Source: Methanobacteriota archaeon (GTDB lineage: Archaea > Thermoplasmatota > Poseidoniia > Poseidoniales > Poseidoniaceae). From it: a DNA stretch of 38,960 nucleotides. The position numbers and the translations under genes were made by a program. The notes under the pieces are model-generated. The model was not told the origin of the DNA and did no database searches. It saw only the letters and a list, made by a program, of their open reading frames with translations. Positions 8,064 to 18,645 of the stretch are shown here, one piece after another (positions within the stretch are counted from its first letter, which is position 1; the number at the start of each line of letters is the position of its first letter). The stretch covers positions 1 to 38,960 of the forward strand of contig JAYPOA010000006.1 in the NCBI GenBank assembly GCA_038130705.1, written 5' to 3'.

Positions 8064-10091
8064 TTGCTGAGCACTGTCGAAATGGTTCGTCTAACTATGG
8101 CCGGGTCAAATGACAACTTGGACGATGTTTTGAGAATATGCGCGGACCTTGGATACATCCACATCACTCCTTATTCGGGTGATACTGATGGCATTACGGT
8201 CGGTACTCCTCATCCTTCAGCAGATTCAAAGTCCAGCCTACTTTCAAAAGTTAGGTCGGTCAATTCAGTTCTATCATGTTCAAACAAACAAGGACCGCTA
8301 TCGAAAATCGATGTTGAGAAAGTTTTGGAAAGAGGCTTCTCAGGAAAAATCGATTCTGTTTCAGAATACATTGCTGAAATGAACGAAGCGGAAGCATCCA
8401 TTATCAGGCTCAAAGAGAAGGCATCGATTTTGGAAAAGATTTCACCTCTGGACATTCCTCTTGAATTGATGACTCAAATTGAATCAGTAGAAGTATATCT
8501 TGGCGAAACAAGCAAGACTGAAAGAGCAAAACAAGTATTTGGAGAATTGGCAAACAGGGTTGAAATTCACGTCGTTAACAATTTGATTGCCGTTGCATGC
8601 GCTGGAAAAGATGCTGCTGAAGTTCAGATGGCTTTGGGCGAAATCGGTGTTAAACCAATCCAGATTCCAACCGGGAAAGGAAAGCCTAGTTCTCTTTACG
8701 CTCAAGCAAGAAAAGACATAGATATCAACCAGTCAAAAATAGATGAGTGCCAAGACAAATGCGATTCTTGGGCAAATGAAAACGGTCGCACTCTTTTAGC
8801 AGTTCAGGAATACTTAGAACGAGAAGTAGAAATCCTCACAGGTCACACTCTTTGTGCTACCAGTGAACATGCCTTTGCTTTGGAAGCATGGCTTCCTGCA
8901 AACAAAGCAGACAAAGCACGAAGCATTCTTACAAAACACGCATCTCATGTTACTATCGAAGAATTTGTGGATGACCACCACGGCCATCATGATGACCACC
9001 ATCACACAGAATATCCTCCAATTGAATATGATACACTTCCGTCAACAAGGCACGCATCACTTTTGACAAATTTAGTGGGTAGGCCAAAGTATGGGACAAT
9101 CGATCCTACAAGCCTTATCGCTTTCACATTCCCAATTTTCTATGGATTAATTCTTGGAGATGCAGGCTATGGCCTTGTTATCATGCTTCTTGCGCTTCTG
9201 CTCAAATCAAAGATAGGTCATGACCCATCAGGAAAGATTGCTGCAAGAATTCTAATGAACATGGGAATTGCGACGTTCATAGTTGGTATGCTTACGGCCG
9301 AAGCATTCGGATTCGTTATAGAAAAGTGGGCGATTTTCACGTGGTTGTATGAGCCGATGTACAGCGCTACACATCACGCTTTAGAAGGCACTGTATTCAT
9401 TGAATGGTTTGGATTGTCACATACGTATCTTCCGTTCCATCGAGCAGGAGGCGCTCTTCCTGATTACATATTACTCTCAATTTATCTTGGGTGTGCCCAC
9501 CTATTGCTCGGTTTCATCATAGGTTTCGTGAACGTATTGAAGAACCACGGATTCGTAGCGGCATTCTTTGAAAAAGGGTCCTGGCTACTAATCCTAATTG
9601 GTGGGTCTGCACACATTCTCAGATTCATAACCGATGATAGCTATGGAACTTTCGAGTTGTCAGGATGGTCTATCACTGTAATCGTTGGTGTAATCTGTCT
9701 AATCATCGGATTGGCAGTTTACGAAGGCTTTGGATGGCTTGGTGGGCTAATCATGGGCCCAATAGAGACATTCGGTCTCTTGGCAAATACTCTATCTTAT
9801 CTCAGAATAATGGCTGTTGGAGTAGCGGGCGTCAAGATTGCAGAAATTGTCAATGAAATGGGCTTCCACGGTATGGCCGATGCAATTACAGCTGGAGATT
9901 ACCTACTTGTCATACCACTATTCCTATTATGGATTGGAGTTCAAGTATTTGCCTTAGCACTTGGACTACTTTCACCAAGCATTCACGCAGTCCGTCTACA
10001 CTTCGTTGAGTGGATGGGCAAGTTCCACGACGGCTCCGGCGAGGAGTTCAAACCATTGGGTGGCCGTCCTCTACACGTGGAGGGTTACTAA
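8064..10091 (+). CDS. atpI: A-type ATP synthase subunit I (a)
   Basis: IDPT, FYGLILGDAGYG, LSYLRIMAVG (essential Arg) and RLHFVEWMGKF. TTG start after GAGGTGA. Confidence 0.95.
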   Translation: MLSTVEMVRLTMAGSNDNLDDVLRICADLGYIHITPYSGDTDGITVGTPHPSADSKSSLLSKVRSVNSVLSCSNKQGPLSKIDVEKVLERGFSGKIDSVSEYIAEMNEAEASIIRLKEKASILEKISPLDIPLELMTQIESVEVYLGETSKTERAKQVFGELANRVEIHVVNNLIAVACAGKDAAEVQMALGEIGVKPIQIPTGKGKPSSLYAQARKDIDINQSKIDECQDKCDSWANENGRTLLAVQEYLEREVEILTGHTLCATSEHAFALEAWLPANKADKARSILTKHASHVTIEEFVDDHHGHHDDHHHTEYPPIEYDTLPSTRHASLLTNLVGRPKYGTIDPTSLIAFTFPIFYGLILGDAGYGLVIMLLALLLKSKIGHDPSGKIAARILMNMGIATFIVGMLTAEAFGFVIEKWAIFTWLYEPMYSATHHALEGTVFIEWFGLSHTYLPFHRAGGALPDYILLSIYLGCAHLLLGFIIGFVNVLKNHGFVAAFFEKGSWLLILIGGSAHILRFITDDSYGTFELSGWSITVIVGVICLIIGLAVYEGFGWLGGLIMGPIETFGLLANTLSYLRIMAVGVAGVKIAEIVNEMGFHGMADAITAGDYLLVIPLFLLWIGVQVFALALGLLSPSIHAVRLHFVEWMGKFHDGSGEEFKPLGGRPLHVEGY

Positions 10092-10131
10092 TATCACAGT
10101 CCCAAATTGGACAAACAGGAGGTAAAAAAAT

Positions 10132-10428
10132 ATGAACGCAAAAATTGTGAAGATGAGCCTAAGAGCATTGATCATCCTTATGGGTATCTCTATGCTAGCA
10201 CAAGGAGTACTAGCAGCACCAGAGGCCTATGATGGATGGGGTAAGTACATGGGATCCGGTATTGCACTGGGTCTGGCTGCTATTGGTGCAGGATACTCCC
10301 AAGGAAGTATCGGAAGCGCAGCAGTCGGCATGCTTGCTGAAGACGGATCAAAATTCGGACCAGCTCTTATCTTTACTGCATTACCAGAATCTATCGTTAT
10401 TCTAGGTGCGCTACCACTGTTCCTATGA
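10132..10428 (+). CDS. atpK: A-type ATP synthase subunit K (c, proteolipid), single hairpin with N-terminal extension
   Basis: GIALGLAAIGAG...Q...AAVG...ALPES, with the ion-binding Glu. GGAGG ribosome-binding site. Confidence 0.95.
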   Translation: MNAKIVKMSLRALIILMGISMLAQGVLAAPEAYDGWGKYMGSGIALGLAAIGAGYSQGSIGSAAVGMLAEDGSKFGPALIFTALPESIVILGALPLFL

Positions 10429-10480
10429 GCAGTTTTGTTCAACTTGGAGTCAATCTCCAAGATGAACCGGAGGTGAACTA

Positions 10481-11044
10481 ATGACGCTAGAACAATTAAA
10501 GAATGATATTTCTGCTTCAGCGAAAGCAGAGGCAAAAGCTACCATTAAGGCGGCAGAGGATGAAGCAAAAGCTATCATCGACGAGGCAAAATCTCGAGCG
10601 GACTCAATCAAGAGTGAAGCATCAGGGAAGGCAGAAAAAGACGCTGGTCAACTTTCGAAAGAATTGGTTGCATCGGCCCGTCAAGCCAATCAAAAAGAGA
10701 TTCTCGTTGCAAGGAGACAAGAATTGGATGCTACTCTATCGAGTGCTCGGGAGAAACTGGGAGACGCAAGCCTATCAGGCAGAGCAAGTTTACTCAAGAG
10801 TCTCGTAAAGAAGGCTGAAGGTATGTCCTCTGGAAAGATGGTTATGAGACCTACTAAGATCGATAAAGCGGCTCTTGAAGACGCCGGTAAGAGTTTCAAA
10901 ATGGGAACTCAAGTTGACGGCTTAGGTGGATTTATCCTTGAGGCTGAAGATGGTACACTGTCCTTTGATTTCCGTTTCGATACATTACTCGAAAATGCAT
11001 GGAATGACCAAAGGGCTGCTGTTAACCAAACATTATTTGGATGA
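10481..11044 (+). CDS. atpE: A-type ATP synthase subunit E
   Basis: N-terminal coiled coil, C-terminal LGGFILE...DFRFDTLL. GGAGGTGA ribosome-binding site and operon position. Confidence 0.92.
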   Translation: MTLEQLKNDISASAKAEAKATIKAAEDEAKAIIDEAKSRADSIKSEASGKAEKDAGQLSKELVASARQANQKEILVARRQELDATLSSAREKLGDASLSGRASLLKSLVKKAEGMSSGKMVMRPTKIDKAALEDAGKSFKMGTQVDGLGGFILEAEDGTLSFDFRFDTLLENAWNDQRAAVNQTLFG

Positions 11045-11059
11045 TGGAGTTGAAAAATA

Positions 11060-12100
11060 ATGTCGATATTAGGGAATAACACTGCGTACGTCGCTTCCCG
11101 TGCTAAGGCACGAAAGTCCAATTTGATGGACAGGACAAGACTAAGGCAGTTAATTCAACAATCCCCTGACCAGCTTACTGTAGCAGTTGCTGACAGTGGT
11201 TACAGGGCTGAAATCGATTTGTACGCAAGTCGATTCAGTGGTGGAGACCTGGTAGAAGCGGCATTAACCCATAACTTACAGAACGAACTGAATAGCATTA
11301 TTGGATTATGTAATGGCAGAGTGAGGAGCATTGTTGAAATTTACACTAACAGGCACCAATATCACAACGCAAAAGTAGTTCTAAGAGCGGTTTTCAATGA
11401 GGTTGAAGTAGGTAAAGTGTCACATTCTATACTTCCTGAGGAAAGTGAAGTGAATGTGCCATGGCTAAAGATTATTGAGGAGTCCTCAACTATTCAAGAG
11501 GCTGCAGGTCAGATGAGACGTCTGCCATTTGGTAAGGCTTTAACAGCTATTCCAGAAGACAAAGGTCTCCAGGTCTACGAAGATGAATTAGATATTCATT
11601 ATTTCAGTAGCTCCATGAAGAAACTGACAGGTGGTAGCCCAGATGTAAGATTCCTTAGAAACTATTTGGCAACCGAAATCGACCATCGAAATATCATTAA
11701 CATCCTTGAAGGGCACGCCTTTGGCTTGTCTCAAGAGGAAATTACCCAGTCATTAATCAAAGGCGGAAGAATTCTGAACGAAAGAAGTTTTTCTCAAGCG
11801 TCCTCAAGCAAGGATGGTTTGATGGATTTACTTCGCCAATCAAATAACTTCGACTTTGATGCTTTCCAAAATAACATGTCAATATCTGAAGAAGAGAGGA
11901 CATTGGATCCAGTAATTACTTGGTTGCGAGAACGCGAAAATGCGCAAATGCAACGAATGAGTTACCTCCATCCGATTTCTGCATTGCCGATAATTCACTA
12001 TGTTTCGGCTAAAGTGCAAGAAGTAGAGGATTTACGCCTTATCGTTAGAGGCCGTTTAGCAGGCCTGTCAACCGAGGTTCTGGAGGCACACGTTCTTTGA
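11060..12100 (+). CDS. atpC: A-type ATP synthase subunit C
   Basis: YVASRAKARKSNL, EIDHRNI and EVEDLRLIVRG; expected size and position. Confidence 0.92.
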   Translation: MSILGNNTAYVASRAKARKSNLMDRTRLRQLIQQSPDQLTVAVADSGYRAEIDLYASRFSGGDLVEAALTHNLQNELNSIIGLCNGRVRSIVEIYTNRHQYHNAKVVLRAVFNEVEVGKVSHSILPEESEVNVPWLKIIEESSTIQEAAGQMRRLPFGKALTAIPEDKGLQVYEDELDIHYFSSSMKKLTGGSPDVRFLRNYLATEIDHRNIINILEGHAFGLSQEEITQSLIKGGRILNERSFSQASSSKDGLMDLLRQSNNFDFDAFQNNMSISEEERTLDPVITWLRERENAQMQRMSYLHPISALPIIHYVSAKVQEVEDLRLIVRGRLAGLSTEVLEAHVL

Positions 12101-12110
12101 GGTGTTATGA

Positions 12111-12410
12111 ATGGATATAGCAGTAGTTGGTAGTCCGGAATTCACATTGGGATTCCAATTGGCTGGAATTAGCAATTTACACAACCCTGAAGGCGAAGAT
12201 GAAACGTCAAAAGTTTTCAGGGATTTACTTACAACAAAAGGGATTGGAATTGTGGTTGTCGACTCCGCAGTTCTTGCTTCCCTTCCAGACCGTCTCAAAG
12301 AGAGACTGTCTGAAAGCGTCACTCCTACAGTTCTTGGAATAGGAACTGAGGAGGACACAACGCTGCGTGAAACAATTCGCAAAGCAATAGGAGTCGATTT
12401 GTGGAAGTGA
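12111..12410 (+). CDS. atpF: A-type ATP synthase subunit F
   Basis: IAVVG...GFQLAGI and [11 protein letters not shown]. Confidence 0.95.
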   Translation: MDIAVVGSPEFTLGFQLAGISNLHNPEGEDETSKVFRDLLTTKGIGIVVVDSAVLASLPDRLKERLSESVTPTVLGIGTEEDTTLRETIRKAIGVDLWK

Positions 12411-12432
12411 TTCAACAAAAGGAGGAAGAGAA

Positions 12433-14172
12433 ATGAGCAATGAAGGAGTAATTTACCGAATTTCTGGGCCGGTTGTAACAGCGACTGGAATGGAAGCGGG
12501 AATGTATGACGTTGTCCGAGTAGGACACGAAGGTCTAATGGGAGAAGTGATTGAATTACACGGCGATAAAGCTGTTATTCAGGTATATGAGGATACCAGC
12601 GGTATCAGGCCTGGAGAACCAGTACTAAACACACGTGAAACACTATCTGTCGCTTTAGGTCCAGGTCTGTTAACGCAGATTTACGACGGTATCCAAAGGC
12701 CGTTGGCTACCTTGGAAGAAGTAATGGGTGTATTCATTACAAGAGGTGTTGACGCTGATGGTTTTGATATGGAAAAGAAGTGGCAATTCGACGCTACGGT
12801 TTCAAATGGCGATGATGTCGTCAGTGGTCAAGTAATTGGCACTGTCCAAGAAACCGAAACTATCGTACACAAGATTATGGTTCCACCCGGAAAAGGTGGA
12901 AAGGTCAAGTCTATATCATCAGGAGAATTTAACGTGACAGAAGACGTTTGTACTCTTGATGATGGCACTGCTATCCAAATGATGCAGAAGTGGCCGGTTA
13001 GAACACCAAGACCATATCAACAGAAGTATGCTCCAGATACGCCACTAATTACCGGTATGCGCATCCTCGATTTCCTCTTCCCTCTTGCTAAGGGTGGTGC
13101 AGCTGGTATTCCTGGTCCATTCGGTTCTGGAAAAACAGTTACCCAACAATCACTTGCAAAGTATTCAGACGCTCAAATTGTAGTTTACATCGGTTGTGGA
13201 GAGCGTGGGAACGAAATGACGGAAGTATTAGACGAGTTCCCTCACCTAATAGATCCAAACACTGGTAAGCCACTGATGAACAGAACAGTAATGATTGCAA
13301 ACACGTCAAACATGCCGGTAGCTGCCCGTGAAGCATCTGTGTATACAGGAATCACAATTGCGGAATACTTCCGTGACATGGGATACGACGTAGCACTAAT
13401 GGCTGACTCAACAAGTCGCTGGGCTGAAGCAATGCGTGAAATTTCATCACGTTTGGAAGAAATGCCCGGTGAAGAAGGATACCCTGCATATCTTTCGAGT
13501 AGGATTGCAGAATTCTACGAGAGAGCTGGGCGTGTCCAGACCCTAAATGGAGACGATGGTTCAGTAACTGTAATCGGTGCAGTATCACCTCCTGGTGGAG
13601 ACATCTCAGAACCAGTTTCTCAAGGTACACTTCGTATTGTAAAGGTATTCTGGGGATTAGATGCAGGATTAGCAAGACAAAGACACTTCCCTGCTATTAA
13701 CTGGCTAAGTTCTTACAGTCTGTATCCTCCATCTTTGGACCAATGGTTCAGAGATAACATTGCACAGGACTACCCTGAAATCAGAACCGCAATCAGCGGT
13801 CTTCTACAGGTTGAAGCCGAATTACAAGAAATTGTGCAACTGGTGGGTTCAGATGCATTGCCTGTTGACCAGCAATTAACATTGGAAGTCGCAAGAATGA
13901 TTCGTGAATACTTCCTTCAGCAAAATGGATTCCACGAAGTTGACGCATTCTGTACTGTAGACTTGCATTACAAGATGGCTAAGGCAATCCTAACTTTCCA
14001 AGAATCTGCTAAATCCGCAATGGCTTCAGGCGCAGACCTGCAAGACGTAGTAAATGTTCCATCAAGAACAGACCTAATGCGTGGTAGATTCGAATCAACA
14101 TACATGGATGACATCGATGCATTAGTTGAGAAGATGAATGATGAAATTGCAGCTGCAATAGGAGAAAACTAA
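12433..14172 (+). CDS. atpA: A-type ATP synthase catalytic subunit A
   Basis: P-loop [31 protein letters not shown] and [11 protein letters not shown]. No intein. Confidence 0.98.
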   Translation: MSNEGVIYRISGPVVTATGMEAGMYDVVRVGHEGLMGEVIELHGDKAVIQVYEDTSGIRPGEPVLNTRETLSVALGPGLLTQIYDGIQRPLATLEEVMGVFITRGVDADGFDMEKKWQFDATVSNGDDVVSGQVIGTVQETETIVHKIMVPPGKGGKVKSISSGEFNVTEDVCTLDDGTAIQMMQKWPVRTPRPYQQKYAPDTPLITGMRILDFLFPLAKGGAAGIPGPFGSGKTVTQQSLAKYSDAQIVVYIGCGERGNEMTEVLDEFPHLIDPNTGKPLMNRTVMIANTSNMPVAAREASVYTGITIAEYFRDMGYDVALMADSTSRWAEAMREISSRLEEMPGEEGYPAYLSSRIAEFYERAGRVQTLNGDDGSVTVIGAVSPPGGDISEPVSQGTLRIVKVFWGLDAGLARQRHFPAINWLSSYSLYPPSLDQWFRDNIAQDYPEIRTAISGLLQVEAELQEIVQLVGSDALPVDQQLTLEVARMIREYFLQQNGFHEVDAFCTVDLHYKMAKAILTFQESAKSAMASGADLQDVVNVPSRTDLMRGRFESTYMDDIDALVEKMNDEIAAAIGEN

Positions 14173-14184
14173 GGAGGAATATGA

Positions 14185-15564
14185 ATGTCTGGAAAAGAAT
14201 ATCGAACAATTACTGATGTTAAGGGACCTCTAGTGTTCCTTAACAAAACTGAACCGGTCGCTTTCGGAGAAATTGTACAACTACGATTAACCGATGGGTC
14301 AATGAAGAATGGTCAGGTATTGGATACCTCAGAAGACCTTGTTGTTGTACAGGTGTTTGAGGGAACTGCAGGAGTAGATTTGAACACTGGTGTCAAATTT
14401 ATGGGGGATGTGTTCAAACTGCCAGTTTCAGATGACCTTATCGGTAGAATTCTCGATGGTGCAGGAAGGCCACGTGACGGCGGACCTGACATTGTCGCAG
14501 AAGAAAACGCCGATATTATCGGTGCTGCTATCAACCCATACTCAAGGCAGAGTCCACACGATTTCATTCAAACTGGAATCAGCGCAATCGATTGTTGTAC
14601 TACACTCGTTAGAGGACAGAAGCTTCCAATTTTCAGTGCTTCAGGTCTTCCACACAACGATATTGCATTGCAAATCGCAAGACAAGCAAAACTAAAAGAT
14701 TCAGATGAGGAATTTATTGTAGTATTCTGTGCTATGGGTATTACTGCTGAAGAATTTAATTTCTTCAGAAGTGACTTAGAAAGAACAGGAGCACTTGAAA
14801 ACGCTGTATTATTCGTTAACCTGGCGGATGACCCAGCTGTTGAAAGAATCATTACTCCAAGACTTGCTTTGACAGCAGCAGAGTATCTCGCTTTTGAGAA
14901 AGACTACCACGTACTTGTTATTTACACTGACATGACAAATTACTGTGATGCTCTTCGACAAATTGGTGCGGCTCGTGAAGAAGTACCTGGAAGGCGTGGA
15001 TATCCTGGTTACATGTACACTGATTTGGCTATGCTTTACGAGCGTGCTGGAATTGTAAAAGGTAAGAAGGGAAGCATTACGCAATTCCCAATTCTAACAA
15101 TGCCTGGTGACGATATCACTCACCCAATTCCGGATTTGTCAGGATATATTACCGAGGGACAGATTGTTATCTCCCGTGAATTACACCAAGCTGGTATCTA
15201 CCCGCCGATTAACGTATTACCGTCTCTATCAAGATTGATGGGATCATGTATCGGAGCAAAGACAACACGTGAAGATCACAAATCGGTTTCCGACCAGATG
15301 TATGCTGCATACGCTCAGGGAAGAGAATTGAGAGGATTGGTTGCAATTGTTGGTGAAGATGCACTAAACGAGCGTGACAAGCAATTGCTTGATTTCTCCG
15401 GTGTATTCGAGGATAAATTCTTGAGACAATCAAGAGATGAAGACCGTTCTATAGACGAAACTCTGGACCTGTGCTGGACATTGATGTCAGAAATCGACAC
15501 CAAGTATTTGGTAAGACTTGACCAGAAATGGATTGAGAAATACCACCCAGACAACAGAGCTTGA
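14185..15564 (+). CDS. atpB: A-type ATP synthase subunit B
   Basis: [26 protein letters not shown] and [10 protein letters not shown]. Confidence 0.98.
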   Translation: MSGKEYRTITDVKGPLVFLNKTEPVAFGEIVQLRLTDGSMKNGQVLDTSEDLVVVQVFEGTAGVDLNTGVKFMGDVFKLPVSDDLIGRILDGAGRPRDGGPDIVAEENADIIGAAINPYSRQSPHDFIQTGISAIDCCTTLVRGQKLPIFSASGLPHNDIALQIARQAKLKDSDEEFIVVFCAMGITAEEFNFFRSDLERTGALENAVLFVNLADDPAVERIITPRLALTAAEYLAFEKDYHVLVIYTDMTNYCDALRQIGAAREEVPGRRGYPGYMYTDLAMLYERAGIVKGKKGSITQFPILTMPGDDITHPIPDLSGYITEGQIVISRELHQAGIYPPINVLPSLSRLMGSCIGAKTTREDHKSVSDQMYAAYAQGRELRGLVAIVGEDALNERDKQLLDFSGVFEDKFLRQSRDEDRSIDETLDLCWTLMSEIDTKYLVRLDQKWIEKYHPDNRA

Positions 15565-15594
15565 AACCGTTGCGAGATTTTAGGAGGTAATCAA

Positions 15595-16212
15595 ATGGCA
15601 CTGGATATCAAACCAACCCGAAGCGAATTGATTAATCTCAAGCGTAGAATCAAGCAGACCAAAAACGGTTACAAACTGTTGAAGATGAAGAGAGACGGTT
15701 TGTTTCACGAATTTAGGACCCTTCTATCGGATATGATTCAAGCAAAGAGAGAGCTTACTGAGTCTTATGTTCTAGCAAAATCTCGTATCGATCTTGCAAA
15801 CGCAATTGAAGGAGGATTGAAAGTAAAATCTGCCGCAATCGCTAACTCATCTTGCCCTGAAGTTGAGGTAGAGAGGAGAAATATCATGGGAGTTGTAGTG
15901 CCTTCGGTCTCAGGAACAAACTTGAAGCAGGCTTTCGGTGAAAGGGCAATTGGATTTACAGGCTCTTCACCTTACATCGATGAAGCGGCGGATTCTTTTG
16001 GCAATTTAATTGAGAGAATGGTAAAAGCCGCTGAAATGGAAGCTACACTCAAGAGATTGTTAGCTGAAATTGAAGCAACCAAGCGTCGTGTAAATGCTTT
16101 AGAATTCAAGGTTATACCAGAACTTGAAGAAGCAAGAGTATTCATTCAACTAAGATTAGAAGAAATGGAGAGAGAGGAAACATTCCGTCTCAAGCGTTTC
16201 AAAAACAAGTGA
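15595..16212 (+). CDS. atpD: A-type ATP synthase subunit D
   Basis: KPTRSEL, LLKMKRDGL, TKRRVNALE and EREETFRLK. Confidence 0.97.
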   Translation: MALDIKPTRSELINLKRRIKQTKNGYKLLKMKRDGLFHEFRTLLSDMIQAKRELTESYVLAKSRIDLANAIEGGLKVKSAAIANSSCPEVEVERRNIMGVVVPSVSGTNLKQAFGERAIGFTGSSPYIDEAADSFGNLIERMVKAAEMEATLKRLLAEIEATKRRVNALEFKVIPELEEARVFIQLRLEEMEREETFRLKRFKNK

Positions 16213-16273
16213 TATTATACCCGATTGATTCATTGAGGACGGGTAACACCCCATCAAGTAACGGGGAATTGAT

Positions 16274-18643
16274 ATGACTGAGGCCGAAACTATCTCTGTC
16301 CATGCAAAATCATGGAATAACAGAGAATTATTTCACTCGATTTTATCAAGATATTGTGTTGTTCTTGAAGACCTTGGTGGGCGCAGTCCCACATACCTCA
16401 TATCAGAAAAAAAAGGTCAAGATATTCATGATGTCTTGGAAGAAATCAATAATCATCTCAAAAAATTGGGATATAGCGCAAGGCTTTTTCCGGATGAACC
16501 GTGGATTATTCAGTTAATTCCAGATCCAAGATATCAGTGGCCATCTCCAAGATTCGTTATCTCGATGTGGCTCATATCCCTCATAACAACCATCTATGCG
16601 GCTGAGAAATGGATGAATTCTGGAAGGCCTGTCGGTGGGTGGTTTGTTGAGAATGCATCATTAGATGCAATGGTTGGATATACTCTTCCGATATTTTTGA
16701 CACTACTAATCGCATCACACATACAAAGGAAAGTTGCAAAAAATCACGACGTACATTTACCACACATTTTCCCTATCCCTGGACCAGCGATGATTTGGTG
16801 GCCTTTCGGTATGATAGGTTTCGCATCATTACCACGAAGTGATGCACGTTTGTGGCCTGATAGATCTTCACTAGGTAATACCGGTCTCTCTGCACCTTTT
16901 GTGATGGTATTATTCGGTATGGTGCTAATTTTTGTAGGACTGCTTTTGACTCCAGAAATAGTAGTGATAAACTCCGCGCCTTTCGTGGTAGAGTTACCAT
17001 TTTTAGCCAATATATTAGCTCTTATTTTAGAAGGGGAGAGGTCGGTCTTCCTCAAAACAGCATGGGCACATCCATTTACGAGGGCAGGTATGACTCTCAC
17101 TTTCTTTGGTTGGATTGCATTATTACCTATTCCAACTCTACCTGGTGGTAGAATACTGATTGCGAGAATGGGTATCCCCGAAGCAAGGTCAGGGTCATCA
17201 CAAGTGATGCTACTGTTAGTTGTCTTGTTATTTGCATTTTTATTCGGAGCTTTTGCTGAGTGGAACATATGGGTTCCAGTGGTCGCCCTTTGTGCTTCGT
17301 TGTTAATCACTAGGGGTAGCGATCCAACTCTGCCAATAGTTCTCGATGATTTCAAAGGCTTACCTGAAAAAGACCATAGAAGATTGGGAATAATTTTGTT
17401 TATGATATTCATGTTTGCATTACCATCTCAGTTGCCGTTTTCGGAGGATAATAGTTGGAATGATGAAATATCTTACAGCCTTTCCGATGACATAATTGAG
17501 ATAGATGAAGGATGGTTCAACCAGTCAATTACTATCACCAATCCATCACTAATTACCCAGTCATGGTTTGTCGGTTATCATGAAGGACCCTTTGGAGATA
17601 TTAATTTGTCATCGATTGACTGTTCATCAGGAAAAGAGATTACTTCGAACAAATGTGGTGGTGAAATTGAACCTTTATCCACGATTACAGTAGAATTTAA
17701 TTTCCAATGGCTCGAGTCATGGAACTCGGCAGGATTCGACTTAGTGTGGCATACAAGTGAAGGTTTTGAGACTAATTCAGTAATTCCAAATTTGGATATT
17801 TATCCAATATCAAATTGGATATTCAATGATGACTACGATGACCCAAAGGTCTGTCTTGACATTTTTGTTGATTCAAAAAACAACACTATCTCATTGAGTT
17901 CCTCTCCCGGATTTTCATCTTGGAGAGATATTGATGTCAACAATAACTATACCGTTACTAAAGGTGTAAATCAACTCTGTTTAGACGGTTTGTCAGGTGA
18001 CAACATGGTATGGGCATCAGAACTGCAATTTTCGATAGATAATCATACATTTGTAAGCGGTTATGAAGCGTCTCGTTTCGTTTCAATCCCTCAGGCCGGA
18101 ATAATCCTTGATTCGGCTGAATCATTATTCCCATTCTCTGTAATGGGTTCAAATTACAACGGGACTTGCGAAGATATTGGAGTCGTAACTCCTCCCTCCA
18201 CAATAGTAAACAATACTACAATTTGGGACATGAGAGTTTTACAATTTGCAGAATACAATGAAGCAGGACCTATCCTACTACTTGTAGAACCAAATACCGA
18301 GATATCAGTGTGCTCAGATGATTATTTACCAGAAGTATATCGCGTTCGTGAAGGACCTGAATTGTTATTGATGAAAGATGGTAATCTATCTCACGATTGG
18401 ATTGGAAATGTAATAGTTGAAAATGATTCAATTGTGATAAATAACCCAACTGATGACAATTTAACGATAAACATAGAATTCGATGGAAATGGAGAACAGT
18501 GGCAAATTTCAAACACGATTGTAATTCCTTCAAACTCTACTGAGGACATATCTGCAATCGCTCCTGAAACAGGTACGTCATTTGTTTGGCTTGAATTAGA
18601 TGAAGGAGATGTAATACTTCATTTGGTAAACCATGAGGTGTGA
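16274..18643 (+). CDS. Site-2 protease (M50, EGY-like) homolog lacking metal-binding motifs, fused to a large C-terminal extracellular beta-rich region
   Basis: The multi-TM N-half follows the archaeal M50 pattern (YTLPIFL..., PHIFPIP, FGMIG, PDRSSL...GLSAP, AHPFTRAG, LLP...GGRI). HExxH and NxxPxxxLDG are replaced. The roughly 400-aa tail is rich in Asp, Asn, Ser and Thr and contains several Cys. Confidence 0.7.
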   Translation: MTEAETISVHAKSWNNRELFHSILSRYCVVLEDLGGRSPTYLISEKKGQDIHDVLEEINNHLKKLGYSARLFPDEPWIIQLIPDPRYQWPSPRFVISMWLISLITTIYAAEKWMNSGRPVGGWFVENASLDAMVGYTLPIFLTLLIASHIQRKVAKNHDVHLPHIFPIPGPAMIWWPFGMIGFASLPRSDARLWPDRSSLGNTGLSAPFVMVLFGMVLIFVGLLLTPEIVVINSAPFVVELPFLANILALILEGERSVFLKTAWAHPFTRAGMTLTFFGWIALLPIPTLPGGRILIARMGIPEARSGSSQVMLLLVVLLFAFLFGAFAEWNIWVPVVALCASLLITRGSDPTLPIVLDDFKGLPEKDHRRLGIILFMIFMFALPSQLPFSEDNSWNDEISYSLSDDIIEIDEGWFNQSITITNPSLITQSWFVGYHEGPFGDINLSSIDCSSGKEITSNKCGGEIEPLSTITVEFNFQWLESWNSAGFDLVWHTSEGFETNSVIPNLDIYPISNWIFNDDYDDPKVCLDIFVDSKNNTISLSSSPGFSSWRDIDVNNNYTVTKGVNQLCLDGLSGDNMVWASELQFSIDNHTFVSGYEASRFVSIPQAGIILDSAESLFPFSVMGSNYNGTCEDIGVVTPPSTIVNNTTIWDMRVLQFAEYNEAGPILLLVEPNTEISVCSDDYLPEVYRVREGPELLLMKDGNLSHDWIGNVIVENDSIVINNPTDDNLTINIEFDGNGEQWQISNTIVIPSNSTEDISAIAPETGTSFVWLELDEGDVILHLVNHEV

Positions 18644-18645
18644 TA

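Noticed and set aside
12433-14172. Intein in atpA (also considered for cdc6 and smc)
   Set aside because: Lengths are normal and conserved motifs are contiguous, with no C...HN-C/S/T insertion.
16744-17412. 222-aa antisense ORF, and similar shadow ORFs such as 24588-25214, 29810-30304 and 36703-37137
   Set aside because: They lie antisense to well-supported genes, have no recognisable motifs, and are explained by the codon bias of the real gene.
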